DNA of 64,000 nt from positions 1 through 64,000 of the forward strand of contig OZ025755.1 of the NCBI GenBank assembly GCA_964019335.1, given 5' to 3'. How positions within the stretch are numbered: the stretch's first letter is position 1; the number at the start of each line of letters is the position of its first letter. Shown piece by piece: positions 21,439-33,060 of the stretch. Below the pieces are notes generated by a model. The model worked only from the letters and a program-made list of their open reading frames with translations, searched no databases and was not told the origin of the DNA. Source of the stretch: Diplonema japonicum. Lineage: Eukaryota; Protista; Euglenozoa: Diplonemea. The translations under genes were made by a program, and so were the position numbers.

Positions 21439-22198
21439 CCTCGTTCAAATCTACATACGATTTTACCATATTTTCAAATTCGTCAAAGTCGATCAACCCA
21501 TTTCCATTAGTGTCGGCCTCCTCAAAGGTTTGCTGGACCATGGTGTTCAACCGCTCGGGAGATATGGTCACGGAACTGCTCTTCGTCTTCTGGTTGGCCT
21601 CGTTGATGCACCCTATCAAGATCGCCTTCAGCTCCTCCTGAGAGATGCTCCCATCCCGATCTATATCATAAAGGCGGAAAGCAACTTTTTTTTTTTTTTT
21701 TCTTTTTTTTTTTCCCGTTCTTCCCATACATTTCACTTTCTCGAGTTGGGTCCCCTTCTTGGAGAAGGTAGACAGCCCTCTTATAAATTCAACTAAGTCA
21801 ATCTCCCCGTTGCCGTCCCTATCAAACAGCCGGAACATCCGCTCAACAAACATATGTGGGATATTATCTATGAAGGTCTCTCCTACCTTTTTCCGGAAGG
21901 CGTCACCCCACTCCCCTTCATCGATGACACCGTCGTCGTCCCGAGAAGACGACAGCAGTTCATACTGCCTGCACAGTGCGTCCACCTCTTTCAACGAAAA
22001 GTGGGTTTCCTTCTCCAGGGTCTTTCGTTGTTCCAGCGTCACGCCGCAGATCTCCTTTCCGATGCTGTTTGTCGACCCCCCGCTTCCCCCTCTTTTCCGT
22101 CCTTTTTTACTTGGTGGTTTTTTCGTCCCTTGCCTCAAGCTTGCTTGCGCGTTCGCTTGTTTCGGGGCATCCTCCGGCTGCGAGTTGCACGCCCCCAT
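21320..22198 (-). CDS. Calcineurin B-like / NCS EF-hand calcium sensor; introns 21399-21458 and 21685-21729
   Basis: N-terminal MGAC myristoylation motif and EF hands; splicing restores EKVKFAFRLYD and MVKSHPD. Confidence 0.92.
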
Positions 22199-22293
22199 AA
22201 CCCCCCTCCCCCTTTTTTAGTTGTTTGCCTTACGAATATTTTTATGTATAAAAAAAAGATTCTAATTTTTTTTTTTTTAAAATTTTTTTTTTA

Positions 22294-23157
22294 CTACACG
22301 TCGCCGATGCCAAGAGGGGTGCCCATGTGGTTCAGCCCGACTTGTAAAACAAACTGCATCTGAACCTCCTTGTGGCTCATCGGGTAAAGGATCTCCCCCA
22401 GCTTCTCGAGGAGCGTGGCGAACGTCGCAGCTTCGTCCCAGCAACCGGCGGCACGGACAGCGTCATACCGCGGTCCCGCAGAAGAGTACACCTCCGTGCA
22501 GAACGCGGTCCACTTCTCCTTACCAGTGTTGCCAGGGGTCGGGACGAAGAGCTGTTCATAAAGCGCGGCAATTTCCGGTGAGGCAGTGGTGGTGGTGGGG
22601 GCATCTCTTGCAACGCTTTCACTTTTTTTTACAGAGCGGGCACGGGGCTCGGACACGGTGAGCACGATGGGCTCGTGAAATGCAGGCTGTTCAAGAGGGA
22701 GCGCGAGGGACCGCGAAATCCCGTTAACGTACGACGGCAACGCAGACGAGGTGCAGGATGCATCCTTCCCGTGCATGGTGAGCCATGCTTCGACAATGTC
22801 CACGATGAGGCGGTCGCTTGCATCCTCTGAGTCGGCATCGGGGTACTTGTGGATGGCTAGTATTTTCAGGCATATGTTGAAGTCGTCCCACGAGATGCCC
22901 CGGCCGCTCGGGGGGCGTGTTTTCTTCAGGACGCCCTCCACCCCCTTCACCCCCTCGCAGACTCTGCACACTCGCAGCATGTCCCTGTACTCCTCGTACT
23001 GCATCACGTCCCCTCCGTAGTACCCATGCACCTCTTTCAAGACCGCCTCTACTTCTTTTTTATGCGCCAGCTCCTCTTGTGTGTACCGTGTTCGTGTTCG
23101 TTGTGTCCTCTTCTTGTGGTTTAGACGGTCGCCTTGCTTCGTTAGTTTTGGTGGCAT
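22294..23157 (-). CDS. Hypothetical protein (287 aa), weak p25/TPPP-like segment
   Basis: Long ORF; ISWDDFNICLKILAIHKYP resembles the p25-alpha fold motif (tentative). Confidence 0.7.
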   Translation of the reverse strand: MPPKLTKQGDRLNHKKRTQRTRTRYTQEELAHKKEVEAVLKEVHGYYGGDVMQYEEYRDMLRVCRVCEGVKGVEGVLKKTRPPSGRGISWDDFNICLKILAIHKYPDADSEDASDRLIVDIVEAWLTMHGKDASCTSSALPSYVNGISRSLALPLEQPAFHEPIVLTVSEPRARSVKKSESVARDAPTTTTASPEIAALYEQLFVPTPGNTGKEKWTAFCTEVYSSAGPRYDAVRAAGCWDEAATFATLLEKLGEILYPMSHKEVQMQFVLQVGLNHMGTPLGIGDV

Positions 23158-23494
23158 CTGTTTTTTGGGGGGTTCCTCCCCCCTTCTCTCCCCCTTTTTT
23201 TTTTAAATTTAGTGTTCTGGAACAAAAAAAGAAAATGAAAAAGAAGGAGAAAAAAAAAAGAGTAGTGGTAGCATGCAGTACTTATCTCAGGATTTTTTTG
23301 TACCGTGTGCACATACTAAGTACTGACTCTTTTTTTTTTTTTCTTACGCAAACCAGAGGGGAAGGAGGAGGGGGAAGAGAGTGTACAAAAGAAGAACAAA
23401 CATGTCGAGAAGAAGTACAATATAACAAAAAAAGAAGAAAACAAAAAAAAGAATCTTGTAACAACAAAAAAAAAAAAAAAAAAAAAGAATGCAT

Positions 23495-24328
23495 TCACAG
23501 ATCGCCCATTATGTGGGCCCGTCGTTTCGGTGTAAGAAGTGTCTCCATCATATCGGAGTCCATGGACACGCGTTGATCTTGGGGTGAGTAAGGGCCCATC
23601 TCAGGCTTGCCGACGGGGACTTGTTGGGGGCGGCAGAGAGGTGATGCAGAGCGCTCCACTGGGAAAGTACGCTGCTTGCTAAGCGTCCTGATAGAAGGCT
23701 TCAAGGACCTTGCCTCCCGAAGGGCTGAGGAGGTACGGGTTACGGACTTCTTCTTTGTTGAAGGAGTGAAATGCCATTCAGAGGTACCAAGGTGCATCTT
23801 TTCAACTTCGGTGAGGAAGTTTGCAACGATCCACTTCGCCTGCTGACGGGATTTTGAAATGCTTTCGAGGATCCTCTGCAGCTCCTCGTGGCACGGTTTG
23901 AGCTTCACCAACGTTTTCTTCAACCCAGGAGTCATCATAACGTTTGTAAACTGTTGCTTGGCGATGCCCAGCTCAGTGAGGAGGTTCCACACAGCACGCA
24001 CCAGCTCCGATCTGGCAGATGAAACCGACTCCAGCTCCTCACCCATGTCGCTGATCTTCTTCCTTAAAACCGCTATGCTGGCCTCGTAGTCCCTTTGGGT
24101 GCTGTTTTTCGACACTTCAAGTAGTTTCCGCATCCTTTCCACATCCAGCTCTGCAGCCTCCCTCCCTGCTATCTCATGCCCGAGCGATGTGTTCAGAGCC
24201 ACGTTGTGCTCCAACGCAGCGTCCCTTTCGCGCCCCACTTGCTGCAGCTCCGCCTCCATAGGGTCGAACTTCGCCACTAGTTCTCCAATCTGCCTTCTCA
24301 TGTTTTCCTCCTCGTGTTCGTTCTGTGG

Positions 24329-24417
<89 letters not shown>

Positions 24418-26378
24418 GCAGAGATTTTTATCTCATGTGCATACCATCGCACGCTCGCTGCGCTCTGTCGCAAGCTGCGCTCTCAGGCTCTCCGCTTCGG
24501 CAGTCTTCCTTTCAAAATCAGCCTTTACAAAGAAAAATGGTTCAGTTAACAAAAAAAGTGTCACACCTTGCAGGTCTCCAACATCTTTGCGAGGCCTTCC
24601 CTTTCCTTTTCGATGTTGAGCAGCGGGCCTTGCTGTGCTTTGAACTGCGCCACCTCTGCGCGGGACGCTTCGAGTGCTTGGGTTAAGGTTTCGATGCTGG
24701 CCCGGGCTTCCGAAACGGTGTGCTGCAAGGCTGCTGCCTCGGTTTCAGCGGCAGCTGCACGCTCCTCGCTGCTGTTGTTCATGCTGGTCAACAGCAGCTT
24801 GTCGTTGCCGGCTGTGGCGTTGAGGTCGGCAAGCTGCTGGCGGAGGAGTGCTGCGTTCTCTTCGGACTCCTCAGTGCGCTTCTGGAACTCTTCAAGCTTT
24901 CTGCACGACGCAAGGGCCTCTGCACTGTGTCGCTTGGTAATGGCCAGCTCATCCTCAAGAAGGGCAAGCTTATCACTCTTAACCTTCACTTCTCTCCTGA
25001 GGCTTGCAACAGACTCTTGTGCTTCCTCGAGAAGCGAGGCGGCTGTGCTGCTATTCATAGTGTTGTTGGCTTCCTTCTCGTGCAGCAGGATTTGCAGGTC
25101 CGACACCGTCGTCTTGAGGATCTCGATCTCTTCTGCCGCGGTGCGGGCTCGTTCCTTCTCACGCTCGATGCGCTCGTTGAAGGTGTCCATCATCTGCTTC
25201 GCGGTGCTCTGTTGCGATGCAAGTTGGTTGTTGAGCCTCTCGATGTTGCCTTGTGCCTTCTGCGAAGCCAGTTTCGAGTCATCCAACAGAACCTCCAACC
25301 TGTGCTGCTCGTGGTAGGTGTCTGCGTTGCTGCGCGAGACCCCGTTCTTGAAGACATCGTAGTCGTTCTGCAGTGCGGTGTACTTCAGCTCCGCCTCCGC
25401 GATGGCGTCCTTGTGCTTCACTGTCGCGGCTTCAAGTGCGGCACGGTACTTCTCGGACTTGTTAGCCTCTTCTTCCAGCATGCAGCACTTCCTCTCTAGC
25501 GATGTGTTGTTGTTGTGTAGATCGCTGACAAGGAGCTTTGTCTCTGCCAGCTCCGACTCAACCGCGCTCAATGCTTGCTCCACGGTGTTCAGCTGTCCGG
25601 CTCGCTTCTCCGCCAAGGCCTCGGCGGCGTCGCCGCTGTGCTCTTTCTCGATGGCTTCCAGCTTCATGGATTTTATAGCACTCGTGAGCGCGGCGATCTC
25701 ATCATCCTTAACATTGTTCTGCGTGTGTAGCAGTGCTAGGTCCGTCTCGGACATGCCAAGTTGTTTTAGGACGTCGTCTGTTTTAATGCTTGCTTCCCTG
25801 CACTCCGCCTTCAGTTGCGATATCGTCTCTTCAGATTCCGACTCGTGCACGAGGAGTTCGTTTCGTACTTTGCTGAGCTCGGCTTCTGTGGCGGCAAGCC
25901 TTGCACTGTCCTTGTCCTTTTCTTGAATGGCCTCTTCCAGTTGTTTCAGAAATCTTGCCAGCTCGAACTCTTTCTGTTTCATGTGTATTTCCGTCGATGC
26001 GGCGTGTTTCTTGTGTGCTTCCAGTTCGGCTTCCTGCTCCCGCACCCTCCTCATAAAAGTCTCCTTTTCGACTTTGATGAATACGTTCGACGCTTCGTGC
26101 TCCGCCACTATCCGGTTGTTCACCTCCTTCTCCACCACAAGCTGCCCGTGGAGGTGGTCGAACACCTCACGGAGTTCTTCCTGCTTCGCGTCTGCGAGCG
26201 ACCGTTCCACGAGAAGCGCCTGCTTTGCCTGCGACAACTGCAGGCATGCCGTGTCTTTTTCTGCCTGCAACAGCTGTATCGAAGGGCTCTTCATGTGTAA
26301 AGGGCTCGTGCCTCTCAAAGGGGACGTGGTCATCGACCGCCACCGCAGCGTGCTTTCGTTTTCTGGGCTGTTCGCCAT
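23495..26378 (-). CDS. Long coiled-coil protein; introns 24323-24444 and 24523-24566
   Basis: Two GT-AG introns join ORFs 24561-26510 and 23495-24301 in frame through a 78-nt exon (ADFERK...ERAM). Confidence 0.85.
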
Positions 26379-26510
26379 CGCTGCCTGTGCGGTTGTGAGT
26401 ACGTAAGCTTTGGCACAAAAAGAAAAAGGGGGCAAAGTGCATAATACAATACAATAAAACATAAAAGTGTTTACAGGCGGATGTAAAAGAAAATCAAAAA
26501 AAAACCACAA

Positions 26511-27716
26511 TTATAGTAGCCTCGAGCCTTTCCTCATTTTAGGTGACTTCTCAAGCTGTGCACTGGGTGAGGGCATCGCGGCGGGCCTGGGGGTGGCGCT
26601 CGCAGAGGCCTTTGGTGTGGCAGCTGTCCCTACGGGGCCTTTCCCATAGGTCTGCCAGTATCTTTGCACTTCCAGCTTCTGCATTTCAAGAGATTCTTGC
26701 ATGGCTGACATCTCACGTTTGAAGGTTTCGCGCTCACGTTCCAGAGTCACCTCGGTGTCGGCCAGCCTGTTCTTAATGTTTAGCAGCTCTTGGTACTCTG
26801 TCTCCTTGCTGTTGGTGAGCGTGGCCATCTTCATCCTGAGGTCCTCTTCCTTCTGCGCAGCTTGATTCAGCATCGCTTCGTGTCGTGTCTTCTCCATCTC
26901 GTACGACTCTTTGACTTGGTCTATGGACCTGGCGCCGATGGCCTGCAGCTCTGCTTCGAGTTCAGTGCGCTCCCGTTCCCGCTCAGCCGCGCGTTCCTCC
27001 TCCCTTAGCTTGCTGGTCTCGAGCTGCTTCTGCACACCGTTTATGAGCGTGTCCCTTTCGTTCACCTCCTTACATGCGGTGTCAAGCTTTTCCTGCATCT
27101 CCGCCTTGTAGTCTCCCTGTTCCCGCACCACCGTTTGCAGGGACTCCAACGCTGAGGCCAGTTGTGAAGCCTGTGCTTCGCTTGTCGCTGCCTTGATCTC
27201 CATGGTGCTGAGCTTCTGCTTGTAACTTGCCTCCATCTTCAACATCCCGGAGTCGTGCGTTTCGATCAGAGCGTTGAGCTTTGCTATTTCCATGTCGCGG
27301 GTGTGGAGGAGCTCCTTCGAGGCCTCCACTTCGTGGAGGGTCGTCGTGAGACGTGCGGCTTCCGCTCGGCCGCCGAGCGCTGCTTCCGCCTGCCAGTCCT
27401 GCCTTGCTGCTTCGAGCAGCCCTGAGAACCTGCCTTGTGTAACAGCTACGTGGTGCTCCAGTTCAAGCAGTGCTGTGCGCATGAGGGAGAGCTCCCCCAC
27501 GAGCTGTTCTTCACGCTGATGTGCGGCGTGCTTTGTTGTTGTCAGCTCGTCTTTCAGTGTAATCTTTTCCTTTTCCAACAAGTTGATGCGAGCTGCTAAA
27601 AACGGGATCTGGTCCCCTCGGTCGGTACGCTCTGAAGGGCTTCTGAACATCTCCGGGGGCTCCACGGACATAGCGACTCTGCGGGGGGACCTGACAGCGC
27701 AGGAGGGCGATACCAT
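26511..27716 (-). CDS. Coiled-coil protein (~401 aa)
   Basis: Heptad-rich ORF; ATG at 27716 after pyrimidine tract and CAG. Confidence 0.8.
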   Translation of the reverse strand: MVSPSCAVRSPRRVAMSVEPPEMFRSPSERTDRGDQIPFLAARINLLEKEKITLKDELTTTKHAAHQREEQLVGELSLMRTALLELEHHVAVTQGRFSGLLEAARQDWQAEAALGGRAEAARLTTTLHEVEASKELLHTRDMEIAKLNALIETHDSGMLKMEASYKQKLSTMEIKAATSEAQASQLASALESLQTVVREQGDYKAEMQEKLDTACKEVNERDTLINGVQKQLETSKLREEERAAERERERTELEAELQAIGARSIDQVKESYEMEKTRHEAMLNQAAQKEEDLRMKMATLTNSKETEYQELLNIKNRLADTEVTLERERETFKREMSAMQESLEMQKLEVQRYWQTYGKGPVGTAATPKASASATPRPAAMPSPSAQLEKSPKMRKGSRLL

Positions 27717-27786
27717 CTGGGCCTGTGCGGATAGAGTACAGAGGAGGGACAAGTGAGAAAAGAATAGAGATGAGAGAAGAAGAACA

Positions 27787-28142
27787 TCAGTTCAAAGAAC
27801 CCTCCCCCTTCTCGGCCCGGAGCCTTTTCTTCTCCTTCACCAGACACCTCATAAGCTCCGTCTTCTCCCCAAAACAATTCACGTGCTTCAAGTGCAACGG
27901 CATCTCGTTCTCCATACCTTCCATGCACTTCCCGAAACTACTGTTTTGCATGTTGCACACGTGGTCCCCAGGCAGCTCCGGATCAAAAGGGTGGTAAGAG
28001 TGCCTTTTAAGTACCTCGGTGATGTGCAGCTCTTTTGGAATCTGTGGTGGATATTAAAAAGAATAAAGAAAACAAAAGAAACCTTTTTGTCTAACCTCGC
28101 TTCGGCCGCCTCATCCTCAGCCGACCCACCGAACCAACCCAT
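27787..28142 (-). CDS. Twin CX9C (CHCH) mitochondrial intermembrane-space protein; intron 28042-28082
   Basis: Spliced product contains CNMQNSSFGKC and CFGEKTELMRC; not present intact in the ORF track. Confidence 0.85.
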
Positions 28143-28257
28143 TGCTCACTGTGTGGTGGACTTCTTTGAAAAGCGACTCTTGAAGAAATATAAAAAAAAA
28201 AAAAAAAAAACTGCAACAGACCAAACGGAAAATAACGTCTCTCTCTCTTTTTTTTTT

Positions 28258-29595
28258 TTATTTCGCTACAAATTCTGCAGCCTTTGTTTCAAACACGCCG
28301 ATGTGGGAGAACATGTCTCCTTCGGACGAGCTGTTTTCCTTCAGCTGCTCGATCTCATCTCTGAGGCTCTGCTCCGTGTCCTGCATTTCTTTTATTCTGG
28401 CTTGCAGCATAGTGATCTCATCCACGGCCATTGTGTGCCGTTGCACCGCTGCGAGCGCGCGGGTGTTGTGCGCGCGAGACTTTTTCTGCGCGGCAATGAC
28501 GTCCATGCTCAGCTTTGTGGTGAGCTCCTCGCTTTTTTGGAGCTTGTTTGCGGAGATGGTGATCTCCCGCTCCTGCTCGCCTATCTTGTCGGCCATCGCA
28601 CGTAACTTATCTTCAAACGACCCAAAAACAGGTATCCACGAAACGTTGGGAATCAGATTGTGCATGTCCTCGTAGTACCTTTCCTCCCTTGAGGCGTAGA
28701 TCACATGGCGCCATGCTTTCAAAGTCAGCTGAAGAATATTACGTGTTGTACGTCGTTCGAGCATCGTGTCGGTTTGGCTGAGGATTCTGCAGTACCTCCT
28801 TCGACCGAGCACTACTTTACGCCAGATGGACCACGACCATAGGTACATGTGCTTCTTCGCGCGCTGCAGCTCCTCCACGACGGCGTTGTTCTCCCACGTC
28901 ACAAGCTGCGAGTTTTTAAAGTACGGGAGTTGGTTGAGGTACTGCTCAGTGTGTGACGTGATGGAGTGCCATTTGTCGCTTGGCAGCGTTGTGTAGAGAG
29001 CATTGAAGATGACGCTCCGGATAGACAGGAAGACAGACGAATATCTCCCAAGATCTGCTGCGCATCTATCGTAGATAGCACATGCTACTGCAAGTTGCAG
29101 CTCATCACATAGTTTTGTCGATTCCGGTGATTCAAGAGCAGTGCGTGATGGTATATACATATTTTGTGTTGTCACGCCGACGCGTCTCGCGTAGCTGTCC
29201 ACAGCGTACAGCATGTCTTGGCATAGATCGACGTTGTCACGGTTTGTAGGGGTGAGGGCCTCGTAGGCTGCTTCTCTTGATAGGAGCCATTCTACGTACT
29301 TCGTGCCCACCCTGTCTTTTAAGAGGGGTTGTGTGTCGTCGGTCTGTTTCATGATTATTTTCACGGATTCGGCCGTTTCCCACTCCGCCACTTGCATGGC
29401 GTGGTACGGGGATAACGTTCGGAAAGCATCGCAGACTTGAAACACCTCTCCGTCGCCGTCGTTCATTCCCAGGTCTCCCCCTACTGGTACTCTCGGAACG
29501 ACCCCCTGTAGACTCTCTAAAAGAACTCGTCTTCCTTTGCTCTTGCATCGCTTCTGTGGTTTTGGCAACGCGGGGACCGTGGGTGTGTGATACAT
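28258..29595 (-). CDS. Hypothetical protein (445 aa) with C-terminal coiled coil
   Basis: Long ORF on the cluster strand. Confidence 0.8.
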   Translation of the reverse strand: MYHTPTVPALPKPQKRCKSKGRRVLLESLQGVVPRVPVGGDLGMNDGDGEVFQVCDAFRTLSPYHAMQVAEWETAESVKIIMKQTDDTQPLLKDRVGTKYVEWLLSREAAYEALTPTNRDNVDLCQDMLYAVDSYARRVGVTTQNMYIPSRTALESPESTKLCDELQLAVACAIYDRCAADLGRYSSVFLSIRSVIFNALYTTLPSDKWHSITSHTEQYLNQLPYFKNSQLVTWENNAVVEELQRAKKHMYLWSWSIWRKVVLGRRRYCRILSQTDTMLERRTTRNILQLTLKAWRHVIYASREERYYEDMHNLIPNVSWIPVFGSFEDKLRAMADKIGEQEREITISANKLQKSEELTTKLSMDVIAAQKKSRAHNTRALAAVQRHTMAVDEITMLQARIKEMQDTEQSLRDEIEQLKENSSSEGDMFSHIGVFETKAAEFVAK

Positions 29596-29864
29596 TGTTT
29601 TCTTTTAAAAAAAAAAAAAAAAACAACAAAAAAACGCTCACATGGTTATCCTTTTTTCCCCGCTTTTCTTTGGTGGTGATTGTGAGTGGGCGGAAAGAAA
29701 AAAAAGGGGGGGGGGAACGGGGTTTTTTTTTTGGTCCATTTTCTTTTTGATTGTTGCCGTTTCTTTTTTTTTTTTTTTTTTTGAAAAGAGAGGAACAAAA
29801 AAGGTGGATAGGGGGGTGGGGTGGAAGGGAACAATATTCAATTTTCAATTGTTTTTTTTTTTTA

Positions 29865-30080
29865 TCTCACTTTTCAGAAATTTCTTCACTCTGGAAGGTA
29901 TTATCTATATTGGTTGGGGCCTCATAATTTGATTTTTTATTAGCAGAAATCCCCCCGGCCTGTCTGTGCAGCAGGTAAACTATAAAAAAATTTCATAATC
30001 GTCACTACCATAATCTGATTTTGGTGGTTTTGTCCCATTTTTTCGAGTCAACGGAGTGACACAATTTCTGAAAAGTGAGA
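29865..30080. mobile_element. MITE, 216 bp, ~27-bp imperfect TIR, TA-flanked
   Basis: TA|TCTCACTTTTCAGAAATT...CACTC ... GAGTG...AATTTCTGAAAAGTGAGA|TA. Confidence 0.85.
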
Positions 30081-30596
30081 TAAAATTACTTATTTGCAGC
30101 CAGATTATGGCCGTTCCTTTCATTCTCGAACTTTTTTTTTAAAATTTAAAGCATTGAGGAAGGTAGAAAGGGGGGGGGGGGGGGGGGGGTTAGAGGGGGG
30201 GGCAGGAGGAATCAATACCCCACCGCCGCTTTCTTTCTACTAGATTCACAAATGCTTTGCCTTTACACAATTGAAATGACTTCAGTCTCCCCTCCGTTCC
30301 TTTTTCCCTCTTCCCCCCGCCACTCTTTTTTTTATTTCTTCATTTCTTTTTTTTTTTTTCCGGGGGCCGAAAAATAAAAAGAGACATTTAAAAAAAAATA
30401 TCGACACAATTAATGCGAACAGATAAAAAAAGAACACAAAAAAATAGACAGAATAACTGGAGGGGGAGGGGAGACAAAGAACGTTTTTCTGACAGGGGGA
30501 AGAAAAAAATTTCACGAGAAAAAAAAATTACAAAAAAGAAGAAAAAAAAAACTCATTTCTCTATATCTAGTGGGTAAAAAAGAACACCCACACCAC

Positions 30597-32956
30597 TCAC
30601 GGCTCGTACCGGTCACTGATGTCATATGGGGGGCTCCAGCTGTGATTTTTTTTTTTTTTTTTTTTTTTTCCCATCGTCTCCCCTCTTCATACCTAGTTTC
30701 ATTCGTTAAATTATTGTGATAATAAGACGCACCCTCATCAGTTAGGTATTCACACCAGTCCCCTATAGTGTTGACAGCCTGATCCCCAGGGTTGTGGTCC
30801 GGACTGTCGGTGAAGCCCACTCTTTTGGTGATCTTTACAGAGGGAGGCTGTGACTGCTGCTGCTGATGTTGCAGAGCTGAGGAATGACTCCGCAGAGAGC
30901 ACGCAGGGCATTCCGGTAGCGATGCCCCTTTTCGGGACAACAACATGAAACCGTTCTCCACCTGTGGTTTTTTTTTTTTTTTTTTTTTCCTCTCCCCCAC
31001 ACTGTTTTCCCATACCAAGCAGTCATGTTCATGATCAAAAGGATCCCGCTCGATCAAAGGTTCCTTCTCAACAGGAACGTCAGGAGCTGGCATGTAATGC
31101 TTCAGATAGGTAGAGGCAGCCTTCGGAGCAAGGGTTGCGATGAGCTCCTCCCCTTCCTTGTCGTCGGGGTCAATGGAACACCCGAAGTATTTCTTGTAGT
31201 ATTGCCGACCTTGAAAGAGGGTCTGACCCTGTTCAAACGCCTCCTGTAGGTTGGCCCGTCTCCCCGAGCATGTGTCGAAGATAAGGCACAGGATGTCGGC
31301 AAAAGCCTTCACGATGAGCACGATTGTCCCAAGCACCATGAGGAAGGAGGCCCCATGATACACGCCGTTAGAAGAGTCGCGCAGGCCGAATGAAATACTG
31401 TACAACACCATCGCAAGGAGCTGGATGAAAGCAGCGAGGTTCAGAGCGTGGTTGTCAAACTTCGAAGCCCATGGACGGAACCACAGACAGGCCGCAAGAA
31501 AAACCGTTTGCAACACCGACATAACGCTGAACTGGATGATACAAGCATTCCACCCTGATATATCGATCACACCCAAAAACGACACCACAACTATGGCCGT
31601 CAGCTCGATGAGGATGAACCGGCTCCTGGTTGCAGCGTAACTTTCGAACAGCAACCCGTAGGTCTGCACGAGCCTTCGTTTTGTGGATGAGACCCATTCT
31701 CCTTTTCCCAGGAAGTATTCTCTCCGGCGAGTCTGCGGTCCTGCGTGAATGTACACTGCACCCATTCGTCTGTAATCCCATTTGCCAAGCTTCCACCACA
31801 CGAACACGATGCCTGATAAGTTGATAAAGAGTAACGTTACGACGCCGAACGCGCGTTCCGACGGGCTGCCCGTTATGATGAGCCGCCATGAACAAGTCGC
31901 GATGGCCTGGTACCCAAACAGCACGAACAACAGGCTGTAGTGTGGGTACCGAACCGTCTCTTGAAGCTGCCGGAACTCCGTCAGCGTGACGCCGCCGCAG
32001 CATTTCATCTCGTTCCGGTTTTCGGAGAGCTTCGCCCTTTTCATACCGGCTTCGTCACGTTCAAGCCCTTTGCATTGCCATTGGACAAATACGAGGGATA
32101 GATGAACCAGAACAGGAACGAACGCGAGAAGGAGGTTTGAGATCAACCCTCCAAGGTAGTGTCTGTTCGGTCCTGTTCCAATGGAGTACTGAGCAGGGTT
32201 GGTGGCGAGGTCAAGGGCGTCGTGTGTGACGCCGCATTTCATGTGCAGCAGCAAGAGGTGGCGCGAGGACGACATGACGGCAGTGTTGCTTGCGCCGAAC
32301 AGTACCGACGACACCGCCACCACCTCCAGAACATCCGCAAGAGTTTGCTGCAGGTCGTCCCGCTGCGCATCGTCGTTGATCGTGATCATGAACGGCCCCG
32401 ACGGGGTTGTCCCGCTGTGCAGCAACATGGGACCCAATGTGATCGTCAGGTGCTCGTCGCCCTGCGGGATTTTGTACCGTCTAGCCTTGGGGAACACAAT
32501 ATCGATTCTGCATGGTTCGGCGGTCGGGCAGTCTTTCGTGGACTTGAAGACGTCGAACGGGCGTGGCTGAGAGGCGTGCAGCATCCCGCCATACGATTCT
32601 GGAAAAACAACTGATGCCAGACTTGACTCGACCTTTAAATAAAGCCCCGCTGTAGGGTTGTGCAAAGAGTTGCTTGTCCCGTGCATTGTGGCCGGGTCTC
32701 GGAAATAGTTCCCTGGTGCGACGCCCAGGGTGATCGAGAAGCCGTTCTCTCGCACATCGCTCTCCCACAAGCTCGTCTTTCCTATCAAGATACCCACGGT
32801 GTCGGGGGGGCCGTCCCATACTGGGAGTGTAGGGGTTGTCGCCACGACTTGTTCAGGTGTAGCCTCCGGGACGGTGACAACGGCCGGGACCTCGATTATC
32901 TTCGAGGCACCGGCATCGATGAGGAGCACGAGGAGCAACGCCTCTTGCAGCACCAT
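30597..32956 (-). CDS. Multi-pass membrane protein (signal, ectodomain, ~8 TM) with C-terminal WW domain; introns 30640-30692 and 30962-31015
   Basis: Splicing completes the WW domain: DWCEYLTDEGASYYHNNLTNETSWSPP. Confidence 0.85.
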
Positions 32957-33060
32957 TTCTATTCCATTTGTGTGTGTTCTGTTCTTTTTTTTTTCTTCTT
33001 CTTCTTTTAGTTGGACTATTCAGCTGTAAGAGAGAGAAAAAAGAGAGAGAAAACTTTTTC

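Noticed and set aside
21685-21729. Poly-Lys insertions as real protein sequence or sign of an altered genetic code
   Set aside because: They are bounded by GT...AG and their removal restores conserved motifs; TAA, TAG and TGA all appear as normal stops.
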